From contig JAUMWD010000008.1 of the NCBI GenBank assembly GCA_030529825.1, positions 321 through 64,320 on the forward strand: 64,000 nucleotides of DNA, in the 5' to 3' direction. Positions 36,053 through 44,333 of the stretch are shown piece after piece. Each line of letters starts with the position of its first letter. Positions within the stretch are counted from its first letter, which is position 1. The notes under the pieces are model-generated. The model had not been told where the DNA came from and ran no database searches. It saw only the letters and a list, made by a program, of their open reading frames with translations. The translations under genes and the position numbers were made by a program. The DNA comes from Bacillota bacterium. Its GTDB lineage: Bacteria > Bacillota > Clostridia > Oscillospirales > Oscillospiraceae.

Positions 36053-37429
36053 ATGAAAAAATCTCGCTTTATTCCGCTTATTTTAATTTTTTGCCTTATA
36101 CTCATGCTGTTCTGCCCCGCAGCACTGGCTGAAACCACGGAAAGCATAGACCAGTATTCCGACACGCACCCCTATGTTTCATCAAAATATGCCCTTGTTG
36201 CAGACATGGACACGGGCAGAGTTCTCTATGAAAAGGGAGGCTACGAGCAGCATCCTCCCGCGAGCATTACGAAGATTATGACCGCCCTGCTGTGCATAGA
36301 GGCAATCGAACGGGGTGAGCTGAACCTTGACGACAGTATAACCGCCCCCGACGACTGCCGCGAGGGTGTTCCCGATGAGGCCAGCACCGCCCACATCGTA
36401 GGCGGCGAAATCATGAGCCTTGAGGATATTCTCTACTGCACCCTGCTTCCCTCCGCCAACGAGGCCTGCAATATCATTGCCGTTCTGCTGGCAGATTCCA
36501 GAGAGTCCTTTGTGAATATGATGAACGAGCGCGCTGCGCAGATCGGCTGCACCAGCACCCATTTCTCAAACCCCAACGGCATAAGCAACGACAATCACTA
36601 CACCACCGCCTACGACCTCTTCCTCATTGCAAGAGAGTGTATGCGCCACGAGATATTCTCTACTATTGTGGGCACCGTTAAGCACGATATCCCCGCCACC
36701 AACAAAAGCGAGGCGCGCCATCTCACCAACTCCAACGCCCTGATCAATGTGGAATCCTTCTACGGAGACCACTATGTCTACCCCGGCTGCTACGGCGTCA
36801 AAACCGGCCATACCGAGCTTGCCGGCTACAACCTCGTCACCTGCGTCGAGCGCAACGGCATGAACCTCATGGTTGTTGTCTTCGGCGGCTACGCTTACGG
36901 TACGGGCTTCAGCAACTTTACGGACTCGGTCAATCTTTACGACTGGGCATTCAACGAATACCGAAGCGAAAAGCTTCTGGACAAGGGAGTTGTCATGGGC
37001 ACGGTTGCCATTGAGGGCAGCAAGTCCGGCGAAACCGTGGAGCTTGTCACCATGGACGATGTCTGCGCCGCCTGCGCAAGCAACATGAGTGTCTCCGACC
37101 TTCAGCAAGCCGTCAGAATTTTCAGAAGCTCTGTCTCTGCTCCCGTGGAGAAGGGCGCCGTTTTAGGCGAAGTAAGCTACACGGATGCTGAGGGCAACAT
37201 ATTTGCCTCAACACCTCTTGTGGCAGCCGAAAGTGTTGATTCCCGCGGATTTTCCCTTGGCAGCGGAAACGGACTTTTCAGCCATGTATGGGTATGGATT
37301 GTCCTGATAATTCTGCTTCTTGCCGCAGGCTTTTTCGGATATATGTATATAAGCTATAAGAAGCATAATGCGAAACTTGCCAAACGCCGTCACGGCGCAC
37401 ATGAGGTGAAGAAAAATGAGAAAGCATAA
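36053..37429 (+). CDS. D-alanyl-D-alanine carboxypeptidase (S11, DacB-like) with C-terminal TM anchor
   Basis: 458 aa; signal peptide; SITK, SAN and KTGHT motifs; C-terminal helix plus basic tail. Confidence 0.85.
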   Translation: MKKSRFIPLILIFCLILMLFCPAALAETTESIDQYSDTHPYVSSKYALVADMDTGRVLYEKGGYEQHPPASITKIMTALLCIEAIERGELNLDDSITAPDDCREGVPDEASTAHIVGGEIMSLEDILYCTLLPSANEACNIIAVLLADSRESFVNMMNERAAQIGCTSTHFSNPNGISNDNHYTTAYDLFLIARECMRHEIFSTIVGTVKHDIPATNKSEARHLTNSNALINVESFYGDHYVYPGCYGVKTGHTELAGYNLVTCVERNGMNLMVVVFGGYAYGTGFSNFTDSVNLYDWAFNEYRSEKLLDKGVVMGTVAIEGSKSGETVELVTMDDVCAACASNMSVSDLQQAVRIFRSSVSAPVEKGAVLGEVSYTDAEGNIFASTPLVAAESVDSRGFSLGSGNGLFSHVWVWIVLIILLLAAGFFGYMYISYKKHNAKLAKRRHGAHEVKKNEKA

Positions 37430-38843
37430 AATACTTTCCGTTCTGTTGACGCTGTGTCTGTTTATGTCAGCGCTCACGCCCTTGGCATCAGCAGATATTC
37501 TCGACTATACATCAACCCCCGAGTCCACGGCAAAATGCGTTTTGCTCATGGACCTTGATAACGGCAACGAGCTTTATGCCGTCAACGCCGACCAGAAGGC
37601 ATATCCTGCCAGCACCACAAAAATTCTCACCGCTCTGCTCGCCGTAGAGGCTGTGGAACGGGGCGATATAAGCCTTGACGACATGGTCACCGCAAAGCCC
37701 GGCTTCAAGGAGGGCATTACCGACGACGCCTCCAACGCAGGAATCAAGGAGGGCGAAGTCATGAGCCTCCGTGACCTGCTTTACTGCGCCATGCTTCCCT
37801 CCGCCAACGAAGCCTGCAATGTCATCGCCATGTATGTTTCGGATTCCATCGGCAGCTTTGTCCGGCTCATGAACAGCCGCGCCGCGGAGCTTGGCTGCAC
37901 GGGCTCCCATTTTACCAACACAAACGGTATGCCCGATGAAAATCACTACACCACGGCCCGTGATCTCTACCTCATTTCCGCCGAGGCCGTAAAGCATGAG
38001 ACTTTCACTGAAATCTGCGGCACCGCAAGCTATATTACCGCCGCCACCAATATGAACGGTCAGAGAGAGCTTCACAACTCCAACGCACTTATAAATGAAA
38101 ATTCCGTTTACGGGAAAGCCTATTACTACGACGACGCATACGGTGTGAAAACAGGCCGCACCGATGCGGCGGGGCTTTGTCTCGTTGCCGCGGCACAGCG
38201 CGGCGGTCTGAACATCATGTGCGTGGTGCTCGGCGCCGACGAGGATTTTGAAAACAAGGTATTTGACAGCTTCGGCGATGCCGTTAAGCTCTTCGATTGG
38301 GCCTTCGGCAACTTCAGCTACCGCTGTCTTTTAGAGAGAGACTCCGCTGTGGGCGAGCTTCCCGTTGTTTTAGGCGACGGCGCCGATTCCGTTGCGCTGG
38401 TTGCCGACGATGATGTGATAGCCTTTGCGCCCATGGGACTCACCTCCGAGCACATAAAGCTCAAGACCGTGCTTGATTACGACAGTCTTGAGGCGCCCGT
38501 AAAGGCCGACACCCCTGTCGGCAAGGTCGAGGTTTATGATGAGTACGGAACTCTCTACGGCGAAGCAGCCGTAAGAACCCGTGACGATGTAAAGCTCGCC
38601 GTTGACGAATATCTTGAGGATTACGCAAAGAGCTTTATTGAGAGCAACTGGATTATCATCGCCTGTGCTTTGGCCTTTCTTGTGGTTCTCATATTCGTAA
38701 TAGTTGTCCTCCGTCATAAAAAACGCGGCAAGAAGGCCTCGGGCAAAAAGAGCAGTTCAAAGAAGGCTCCCGAGAAAAATCCCGCCCCGAAGAAGGCGGA
38801 AAAGAAGACCAAGAGCAAATCAGAGAAAAAGGTGAATAAATGA
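37416..38843 (+). CDS. D-alanyl-D-alanine carboxypeptidase paralog with C-terminal TM anchor and Lys-rich tail
   Basis: 475 aa; STTK, SAN and KTGRT motifs; tail KKRGKKASGKKSSSKKAPEKNPAPKKAEKKTKSKSEKK; overlaps the upstream gene by 14 nt. Confidence 0.85.
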   Translation: MRKHKILSVLLTLCLFMSALTPLASADILDYTSTPESTAKCVLLMDLDNGNELYAVNADQKAYPASTTKILTALLAVEAVERGDISLDDMVTAKPGFKEGITDDASNAGIKEGEVMSLRDLLYCAMLPSANEACNVIAMYVSDSIGSFVRLMNSRAAELGCTGSHFTNTNGMPDENHYTTARDLYLISAEAVKHETFTEICGTASYITAATNMNGQRELHNSNALINENSVYGKAYYYDDAYGVKTGRTDAAGLCLVAAAQRGGLNIMCVVLGADEDFENKVFDSFGDAVKLFDWAFGNFSYRCLLERDSAVGELPVVLGDGADSVALVADDDVIAFAPMGLTSEHIKLKTVLDYDSLEAPVKADTPVGKVEVYDEYGTLYGEAAVRTRDDVKLAVDEYLEDYAKSFIESNWIIIACALAFLVVLIFVIVVLRHKKRGKKASGKKSSSKKAPEKNPAPKKAEKKTKSKSEKKVNK

Positions 38844-39559
38844 AAAGAACAGTCTGCGCACTGCTTGCGCTGATGCTGCTGTTCTCCCTGTGTGCCTGCG
38901 GCAATGATGCCACCCCCGAGGAAACCCCCGAGGCTACGGAAAGAATCCTCACCGAAACGGACAAATGGGCCATGCACATTGTAAACAGATATAACATGGA
39001 TTACGAGGACTTCGCAGAATACTGGAGTCTCCTCTGCGACAACTATTTCGGCGAAGACTTCATAAGCCTGCTGAACATTCTGTCCGACTGTGAAAATGTG
39101 AATTTCTCCATGGAGGAGAAAAATGCGGAAATAGCAGACAAGCGCAGTGAGTACGAAAAGGAATACGGCACGGACCTGCGCTTTGAATACAAGGAATGTG
39201 TTTTAGAGCCCTTGGAGGATAGGGCAAACGAGGATTTTGCCGCAGAGCTTGAAGGACTCTACGACAGCATCTGCGTCCTTACGGGCGAGGCCGCCCAGTG
39301 GAGCGATACCTCCTGGAATTACTTTGCAGAGGGACTGGGCTGTGACACGGAAACGGCAAAGCAGGTGGTGGAGCTCTATGCCGCAATGGGAGAAAAATGC
39401 CACGAGGCCACGGTGGAGGAGGCCTCCGCCGCTACAGTCATTCTCCTCTACGGCGACAGCGAGACAGCCTATAACACCTGGCTGTACAAGGTCAACGGTG
39501 TCTATGTTTCCCAGTCACTTATAGACAACGCTTCAGCTCTCATAAATCTCATATATTAA
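38840..39559 (+). CDS. Hypothetical lipoprotein
   Basis: 239 aa; lipobox LFSLCACG; ATG overlaps the upstream stop (ATGA). Confidence 0.6.
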   Translation: MKRTVCALLALMLLFSLCACGNDATPEETPEATERILTETDKWAMHIVNRYNMDYEDFAEYWSLLCDNYFGEDFISLLNILSDCENVNFSMEEKNAEIADKRSEYEKEYGTDLRFEYKECVLEPLEDRANEDFAAELEGLYDSICVLTGEAAQWSDTSWNYFAEGLGCDTETAKQVVELYAAMGEKCHEATVEEASAATVILLYGDSETAYNTWLYKVNGVYVSQSLIDNASALINLIY

Positions 39560-39564
39560 AAAGC

Positions 39565-39594
39565 AAAAATCCCCGACGGCTGTCGGGGATTTTT
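39565..39594. terminator. Bidirectional terminator
   Basis: 9-bp stem atccccgac/gtcggggat flanked by A5/T4. Confidence 0.65.
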
Positions 39595-39725
39595 CATCGT
39601 TGACTGGGACCCGGGTCGTAGTCTCCGTAAATAAAATCATCAATGTCAGTATTCATTATATCACCCCAGACTTAACAGCACATATATTCATCATATGCGT
39701 CAAGGGCGATTACAATTCCGAAAAA

Positions 39726-40559
39726 TTATTCCGCACACAGGGTTATGCTCACAAGCTCGGGGCGGTTAAACAGGCGGGGAACGGGAACGGAATTTCCCAG
39801 GCCGCGGGACACGATCAGCTCATAGCCTCCGCAATGGTAAAGTCCCGCCTCATAGTCGGGAAAAAGCGTTCTGTCGGTGCTTATGAGGCCTCCCACACCG
39901 GGGAGCCGTATAAGTCCGCCGTGGGCATGGCCGCAGAGTATCAGGTCAACGGGCAGGTCGGGATACTCCTCCGCCCAGTAGTTTCTGTGGCCTAACAGCA
40001 CGGTGTATTCCCGGGGGTACTCACCGCGGAGCTTCTCCGCCACCGCGTCGGGCGTGGCTATTCCCTCCCAGCTGTTGGGATCCTGAACTCCGGCCAAAAC
40101 CATGCGCTCACCGCCGCGTTCAAGGCAAATATATTCATTTTCCAGATATTCCACGCCGAAGCGTTCAAAAAGCTCCGTCAGCGCGCCTATCTGCCCCGAG
40201 GCAAAATCGTGGTTTCCGCTGACAAAATACACGGGAGCAATCCCCTCTATTTCCTCCAGCAGCTTTTCCACATTAGGCAGCTCCTCCGCCTCGGTGATAA
40301 TATCTCCCGTTATGGCTATGATATCCGGATTTTGCTGACGCACCATTTCCGCAAGCTCATGGGAAAACTCCGCGCCGTGATAATCCGAAATCTGAACAAT
40401 TTTAAATCCGTCAAAGCTCCGGGGAATTCTGTCTCCCGTGACGGAATATTCCGTAAGCTCAATATTTACGGCACTGTCATGCACAAAATATGCGAGAGCC
40501 GCAATTATCAGCAGCAGAACAAGAAGCGCTCTGCCGCGTTTCTTTTTTCGTCTTTTCAC
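39726..40559 (-). CDS. Membrane-anchored metallophosphoesterase
   Basis: 277 aa from GTG 40559 (GGAGG SD 7 nt upstream); motifs ISDYHG, ITGD, GNHD, CGHAHGG. Confidence 0.8.
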   Translation of the reverse strand: MKRRKKKRGRALLVLLLIIAALAYFVHDSAVNIELTEYSVTGDRIPRSFDGFKIVQISDYHGAEFSHELAEMVRQQNPDIIAITGDIITEAEELPNVEKLLEEIEGIAPVYFVSGNHDFASGQIGALTELFERFGVEYLENEYICLERGGERMVLAGVQDPNSWEGIATPDAVAEKLRGEYPREYTVLLGHRNYWAEEYPDLPVDLILCGHAHGGLIRLPGVGGLISTDRTLFPDYEAGLYHCGGYELIVSRGLGNSVPVPRLFNRPELVSITLCAE

Positions 40560-40712
40560 ATTTACGCCTCCGTGTGAGGATGTCAGCCATTTTATCACAG
40601 CATAAGTAAAAGTTCAACTTTTCACCGCCGTCAACAGCTTTTGCACCACCGACGCCTCGAAATCCGGCAGCTCTTGCCGATTTTCGGCGACGCAAAAATT
40701 TAGCTCTTGCTA

Positions 40713-40741
40713 TTGAAAGAATTTAAGCGTTGCTGTATAAT
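40713..40741 (+). promoter_or_regulatory. Candidate sigma-A promoter
   Basis: TTGAAA - 17 nt - TATAAT, ~75 nt upstream of ATG 40816. Confidence 0.5.
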
Positions 40742-40815
40742 TAAATATCTATGTATGTAGGCGGTGTACATGAGCAACCCCCAACCGCCCCACAAAAGAA
40801 AAGGATGATACTTTT

Positions 40816-42129
40816 ATGAGCGCTTCTACCGAAAGAAAAAATCGCATTGCCGCCAAGGCTGACGGTACCCACAAGAAAACCATAGCCATGCGCAAGGAAG
40901 AAGAAAAGAAGAAAAAGGACAAAATCAAATGGACCATCATAGGTACCATTATCGTTTTGTTCTTTGCCGCAATTATCTTTTTGAACACCGGCGCATTCTA
41001 CAGAAACGCCACCGCCGTTTCCGTTGATATTGAGGCCTGCGAGGCAGACGGCTTCTCCATTCCCGCCGAGAAGGTGAACTACTCCATTGCCGAGGTCTCT
41101 TATGTTTTCCAGTACAACTACAGCAACTTTATTAACCAGTACGGCTCCATGGCCTCTTACCTGGGCCTTAACACCGGCTCTCCTCTTAAGGATCAGGCCT
41201 GCATGATGGGCGGCGGTGAAAACGAGGACTACACCTGGTATGATTACTTCATGGATGCCACCATGTCACAGCTTAAGAGCTATGCCGTCACCTCCGCATA
41301 CGCCAAAGCCGCAGGCATTGAGCTTTCCGATGATGCCAAGGCAGAAATCGACAACGCAGTAAAGAGCCTTGCCGAAGGCGCAAAGGCAAACGGCTACTCC
41401 CTGAACAAGTATCTCGCCAACGTCTACGGCAAGGGCTGCAACGAAAGCGTATTCCGCGATGTCCTTGAGATGGAATACATCGCCATGGCCGTTCAGGACA
41501 CCATCTCCAACGCAAAGGATTACTCCGCAGAGGAAATCAGCGCACATTACCTCACCGTTGCCGATGATTACGACTTCTACAACTACAGCTTCTACCTTGT
41601 TGCCGCCGAAACCGAAACGGGCGAAGACGGCACCGCAGCTGCCCCCACAGAGGAGGCAATGGCAGCAGCCAAGGGAACCGCAGAGCAGATTATGGCCGCT
41701 GTTAAGGCAGGAGATCTGGAGGCTGCCGTAATCGATGTTCTCGGCGAGGATGTTGTTCCCCAGCACGATGACACCGTTGAGGGCGAGGCCGAGGAAGGTC
41801 ATGTCCACACCGCATCCACCGCAAACACCGATGTTCAGGGTAACAGCATCGAGACCGACCTGGCAGCATGGCTCAAGAGCGCAGACCGTCAGAACGGCGA
41901 CATCGAGGTTGTCGAGGCCGCAAATCAGGGCTACTATGTTGTCATCTTCAACGGCCGTCACACCCAGACCGAGCCCACCGAGGAATCCGGCGATGTTCCT
42001 TACTGCGACTACATTGCAGAGCAGCTTCTCCGTCAGGCAGACTTTGAAGCATGGAGCAGCAGCGTTTACAACGCAATCCTCGACGGTGTAAGCGTCTCTG
42101 AAAAGTTCTTCAGCAAATATATCGGCTAA
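40816..42129 (+). CDS. Hypothetical N-terminally anchored extracytoplasmic protein (PrsA/SurA-N-like chaperone, tentative)
   Basis: 437 aa; basic N-terminus, one TM (WTIIGTIIVLFFAAIIFL), large Ala/Glu-rich ectodomain ending ...QGYYVVIFNG. Confidence 0.5.
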   Translation: MSASTERKNRIAAKADGTHKKTIAMRKEEEKKKKDKIKWTIIGTIIVLFFAAIIFLNTGAFYRNATAVSVDIEACEADGFSIPAEKVNYSIAEVSYVFQYNYSNFINQYGSMASYLGLNTGSPLKDQACMMGGGENEDYTWYDYFMDATMSQLKSYAVTSAYAKAAGIELSDDAKAEIDNAVKSLAEGAKANGYSLNKYLANVYGKGCNESVFRDVLEMEYIAMAVQDTISNAKDYSAEEISAHYLTVADDYDFYNYSFYLVAAETETGEDGTAAAPTEEAMAAAKGTAEQIMAAVKAGDLEAAVIDVLGEDVVPQHDDTVEGEAEEGHVHTASTANTDVQGNSIETDLAAWLKSADRQNGDIEVVEAANQGYYVVIFNGRHTQTEPTEESGDVPYCDYIAEQLLRQADFEAWSSSVYNAILDGVSVSEKFFSKYIG

Positions 42130-42155
42130 CCCGATTATTAGAGTAACTTAAATTT

Positions 42156-42183
42156 AAAAAGGCCGCCGACGGCGGCCTTTTTT
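42156..42183 (+). terminator. Rho-independent terminator
   Basis: Stem ggccgcc/ggcggcc, loop gac, T6. Confidence 0.7.
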
Positions 42184-42193
42184 GGTGAAAAAC

Positions 42194-42904
42194 ATGGATG
42201 AAAGAACTCTCCGCGCCCGCATGCTTTTGGGCGGGCAGGCAATGGAAAAACTGAAAAACAGCCACGTGGCAGTCTTCGGCTTAGGCGGCGTAGGCTCCTG
42301 GTGCGCCGAGGCGCTGGTGCGCAGCGGCATAGGTAAAATCACGGTCATTGACCGCGACACCGTGGGCCGCAGCAACATCAACCGTCAGGTAATCGCCACG
42401 GAAAGCACCGTGGGACTTCCCAAGGCGCAGGTCATAAAGGCACGGCTTCTGGAGATTAATCCCCAGGCGGAGGTAGTTGCCCTCTGCGGCCACTACGACG
42501 CAGAGCACCGGGAGGATTTCTTCGGCGACTACGATTATATTGTAGACGCCATTGACCTCGTCTCCTGCAAAATCGACCTTATCATGACCGCCATTGACCG
42601 GGGCATCCCCATCGTGTCCTCTCTCGGAACGGGCAACAAAAAAGATGCCTCACAGCTCATGCTGTGCGACATCAAAAAGACCAGCGGCTGCCCCTTGGCA
42701 AGAGTCGTACGCAAGGAGCTTCGGGCAAGAGGAATTGAGCATCTCGATGTAGTTTTTTCTCCCGAGGAGGCCGCAGAATGCGAGCAGCCGGAGGCTCCTC
42801 CTCCGGGGCGCAGAAGCGTTCCCGGCTCCCTTGTATGGGTAACCGCCACGGCAGGTATGCTGCTGTGCCAGCATGTTATCCTGAAGCTCACGGAAGCAGA
42901 ATAA
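42194..42904 (+). CDS. tcdA: tRNA threonylcarbamoyladenosine dehydratase (ThiF/E1-like)
   Basis: 236 aa from ATG 42194; VAVFGLGGVGSW Rossmann motif. Confidence 0.85.
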   Translation: MDERTLRARMLLGGQAMEKLKNSHVAVFGLGGVGSWCAEALVRSGIGKITVIDRDTVGRSNINRQVIATESTVGLPKAQVIKARLLEINPQAEVVALCGHYDAEHREDFFGDYDYIVDAIDLVSCKIDLIMTAIDRGIPIVSSLGTGNKKDASQLMLCDIKKTSGCPLARVVRKELRARGIEHLDVVFSPEEAAECEQPEAPPPGRRSVPGSLVWVTATAGMLLCQHVILKLTEAE

Positions 42905-42905
42905 G

Positions 42906-42936
42906 AAAAGCCGTCACTGTTGTGACGGCTCTTTTA
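42906..42936. terminator. Terminator after tcdA
   Basis: 8-bp stem gccgtcac/gtgacggc flanked by A4 and tcTTTT. Confidence 0.6.
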
Positions 42937-43185
42937 TCTTTAATCAGTTCGAGGTATGGGGAAGTATAACGCAAGCTTCTGCGGTGTCGCCGGTTCCATC
43001 GGCGCTCTTTGCCGCAGGGTCAAAAGCAAACCCGCTGCCCTGTTTTTATAAAAGCACTTTTTTAATGCAGAGACCAACGCATGAGGTTTTGGAAATAGTC
43101 ATATTTAAAAATAATCGTTGGTCTCTTGTTCTGCATCTATAAAGACGGAAAAATTTCTTCCGCGTTTCACATTTCAGAAAAATTC

Positions 43186-43214
43186 TTGCAGAGTTTGACT
43201 GCATGGGTTATAAT
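43186..43214 (+). promoter_or_regulatory. Candidate promoter of tRNA-Pro
   Basis: TTGCAG - 17 nt - TATAAT, 30 nt upstream of the tRNA 5' end. Confidence 0.5.
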
Positions 43215-43244
43215 AAGCGGGCGGAACGGCAGTTTTCCGTATAT

Positions 43245-43320
43245 CCGGGTGTGGCCCAGTTGGTAGGGCGCTTGGTTTGGGACCAAGATGCCGGGAGTTC
43301 GAGTCTCCCCACTCGGACCA
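43245..43320 (+). tRNA. tRNA-Pro (anticodon UGG), CCA encoded
   Basis: Hand-folded cloverleaf: acceptor ccgggtg/cactcgg (one G-U), D arm gccc-agttggta-gggc, anticodon arm cttgg-ttTGGga-ccaag, variable atgcc, T arm gggag-ttcgagt-ctccc, discriminator A, CCA. Confidence 0.9.
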
Positions 43321-43327
43321 TCAAAGA

Positions 43328-43364
43328 AACCTCTTTTGTCTACCAAGGCAAAGGAGGTTTTTTG
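43328..43364 (+). terminator. Terminator after tRNA-Pro
   Basis: 10-bp stem aacctctttt/aaaggaggtt (one G-U), 12-nt loop, T6. Confidence 0.6.
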
Positions 43365-43469
43365 CGTTGAGCGGTAGATTTATTTATGAACTGCCGCTAT
43401 AATAGATACAGTCAAATTTGAATTTGTAGAGATGAAATAATTCAGTTTTGAGAACGAAGGGGAAAGAAA

Positions 43470-44102
43470 ATGCCATTTGATTTTAAGAAAGAATATAAAG
43501 AGTTCTATATGCCAAAGAATAAGCCTGAGATAGTCAATGTTCCAAAGGTAAATTATATTGCAGTAAGAGGCAAGGGTAATCCAAATGAAGAAGGTGGAGC
43601 ATATCAGCAAGCCATAAGTGTTTTATATGCTGTAGCCTACACACTTAAAATGAGTTATAAGACCGATTATAAAATTGAGGGATTCTTTGAATATGTTGTA
43701 CCACCACTTGAAGGATTTTGGTGGCAAGATGATGTTGATGGAGTTGATTATTCCAACAAAGACTCATTTAATTGGATTTCAGTAATAAGGCTTCCAGATT
43801 TCATAACAAAGAATGATTTTGAGTGGGCTGTTGAAACTGCTGCCAATAAGAAAAAGATAGATTGCAGCAAGGCTGAATTCCTATCAATAGATGAGGGTTT
43901 ATGCGTTCAGATAATGCACAACGGGCCTTATGATGATGAACCTACAACAGTAGAAATCATGAATAGATTTATTGAAGAAAACGGTTATGAAAACGATTTC
44001 TCAGAGGACCGCATTCATCATGAAATCTACCTTTCTGACGCTCGCAAGGTTATTCCCGAAAAATGGAAAACAGTAATCAGACATCCTATCAAACGTAAAT
44101 AA
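43470..44102 (+). CDS. GyrI-like small-molecule-binding domain protein
   Basis: 210 aa; pattern KPEIVNVPKVNYIAVRGKGNP...PPLEGFWW...RLPDFIT...IHHEIYLSDARK typical of GyrI-like/effector-binding proteins. Codon usage is visibly A/T-rich, unlike the neighbours. Confidence 0.75.
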   Translation: MPFDFKKEYKEFYMPKNKPEIVNVPKVNYIAVRGKGNPNEEGGAYQQAISVLYAVAYTLKMSYKTDYKIEGFFEYVVPPLEGFWWQDDVDGVDYSNKDSFNWISVIRLPDFITKNDFEWAVETAANKKKIDCSKAEFLSIDEGLCVQIMHNGPYDDEPTTVEIMNRFIEENGYENDFSEDRIHHEIYLSDARKVIPEKWKTVIRHPIKRK

Positions 44103-44187
44103 ATCCCAGCTTGTCGAGCCCAATAAGCAGATGTACCTTTTGTGGTTTCTTACCTTGAAAATGTACCTTTTGGTCGCTCTTTCACAT

Positions 44188-44225
44188 AGAAGGACTTGTA
44201 TTTTGATACAAGTCCTTCTTTTTTG
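44188..44225 (+). terminator. Hairpin/terminator copy A (13-bp stem agaaggacttgta, loop ttttga)
   Basis: Perfect stem 44188-44200/44207-44219, then T6; the same stem recurs at 45659-45690 with the loop reverse-complemented. Confidence 0.65.
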
Positions 44226-44263
44226 TACCAAGGCCGTTGTGCTTTAAAGGGGCGAACAAAGCA

Positions 44264-44292
44264 TTTACAGAAAATATGAAGCATGGTAGAAT
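44264..44292 (+). promoter_or_regulatory. Candidate promoter of the carboxylesterase gene
   Basis: TTTACA - 17 nt - TAGAAT with extended TGg. Confidence 0.45.
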
Positions 44293-44333
44293 TATAATAC
44301 AAACTTATCCTTTCGTATTGCGAGGAAGCCAGT

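Noticed and set aside
39594-39656. 20-codon minus-strand ORF (MNTDIDDFIYGDYDPGPSQR) between the metallophosphoesterase gene and the terminator.
   Set aside because: It has only a weak GGGGTG SD-like sequence and no convincing promoter. Its stop lies inside the terminator tail and the peptide is unremarkable, so it is probably a chance ORF in a 3' UTR.
44131-44247. 38-codon hydrophobic plus-strand ORF (MYLLWFLTLKMYLLVALSHRRTCILIQVLLFCTKAVVL) that looks like a type I toxin.
   Set aside because: It has no SD before the ATG. The ORF reads straight through terminator hairpin A, and its hydrophobicity is explained by the T-rich sequence.
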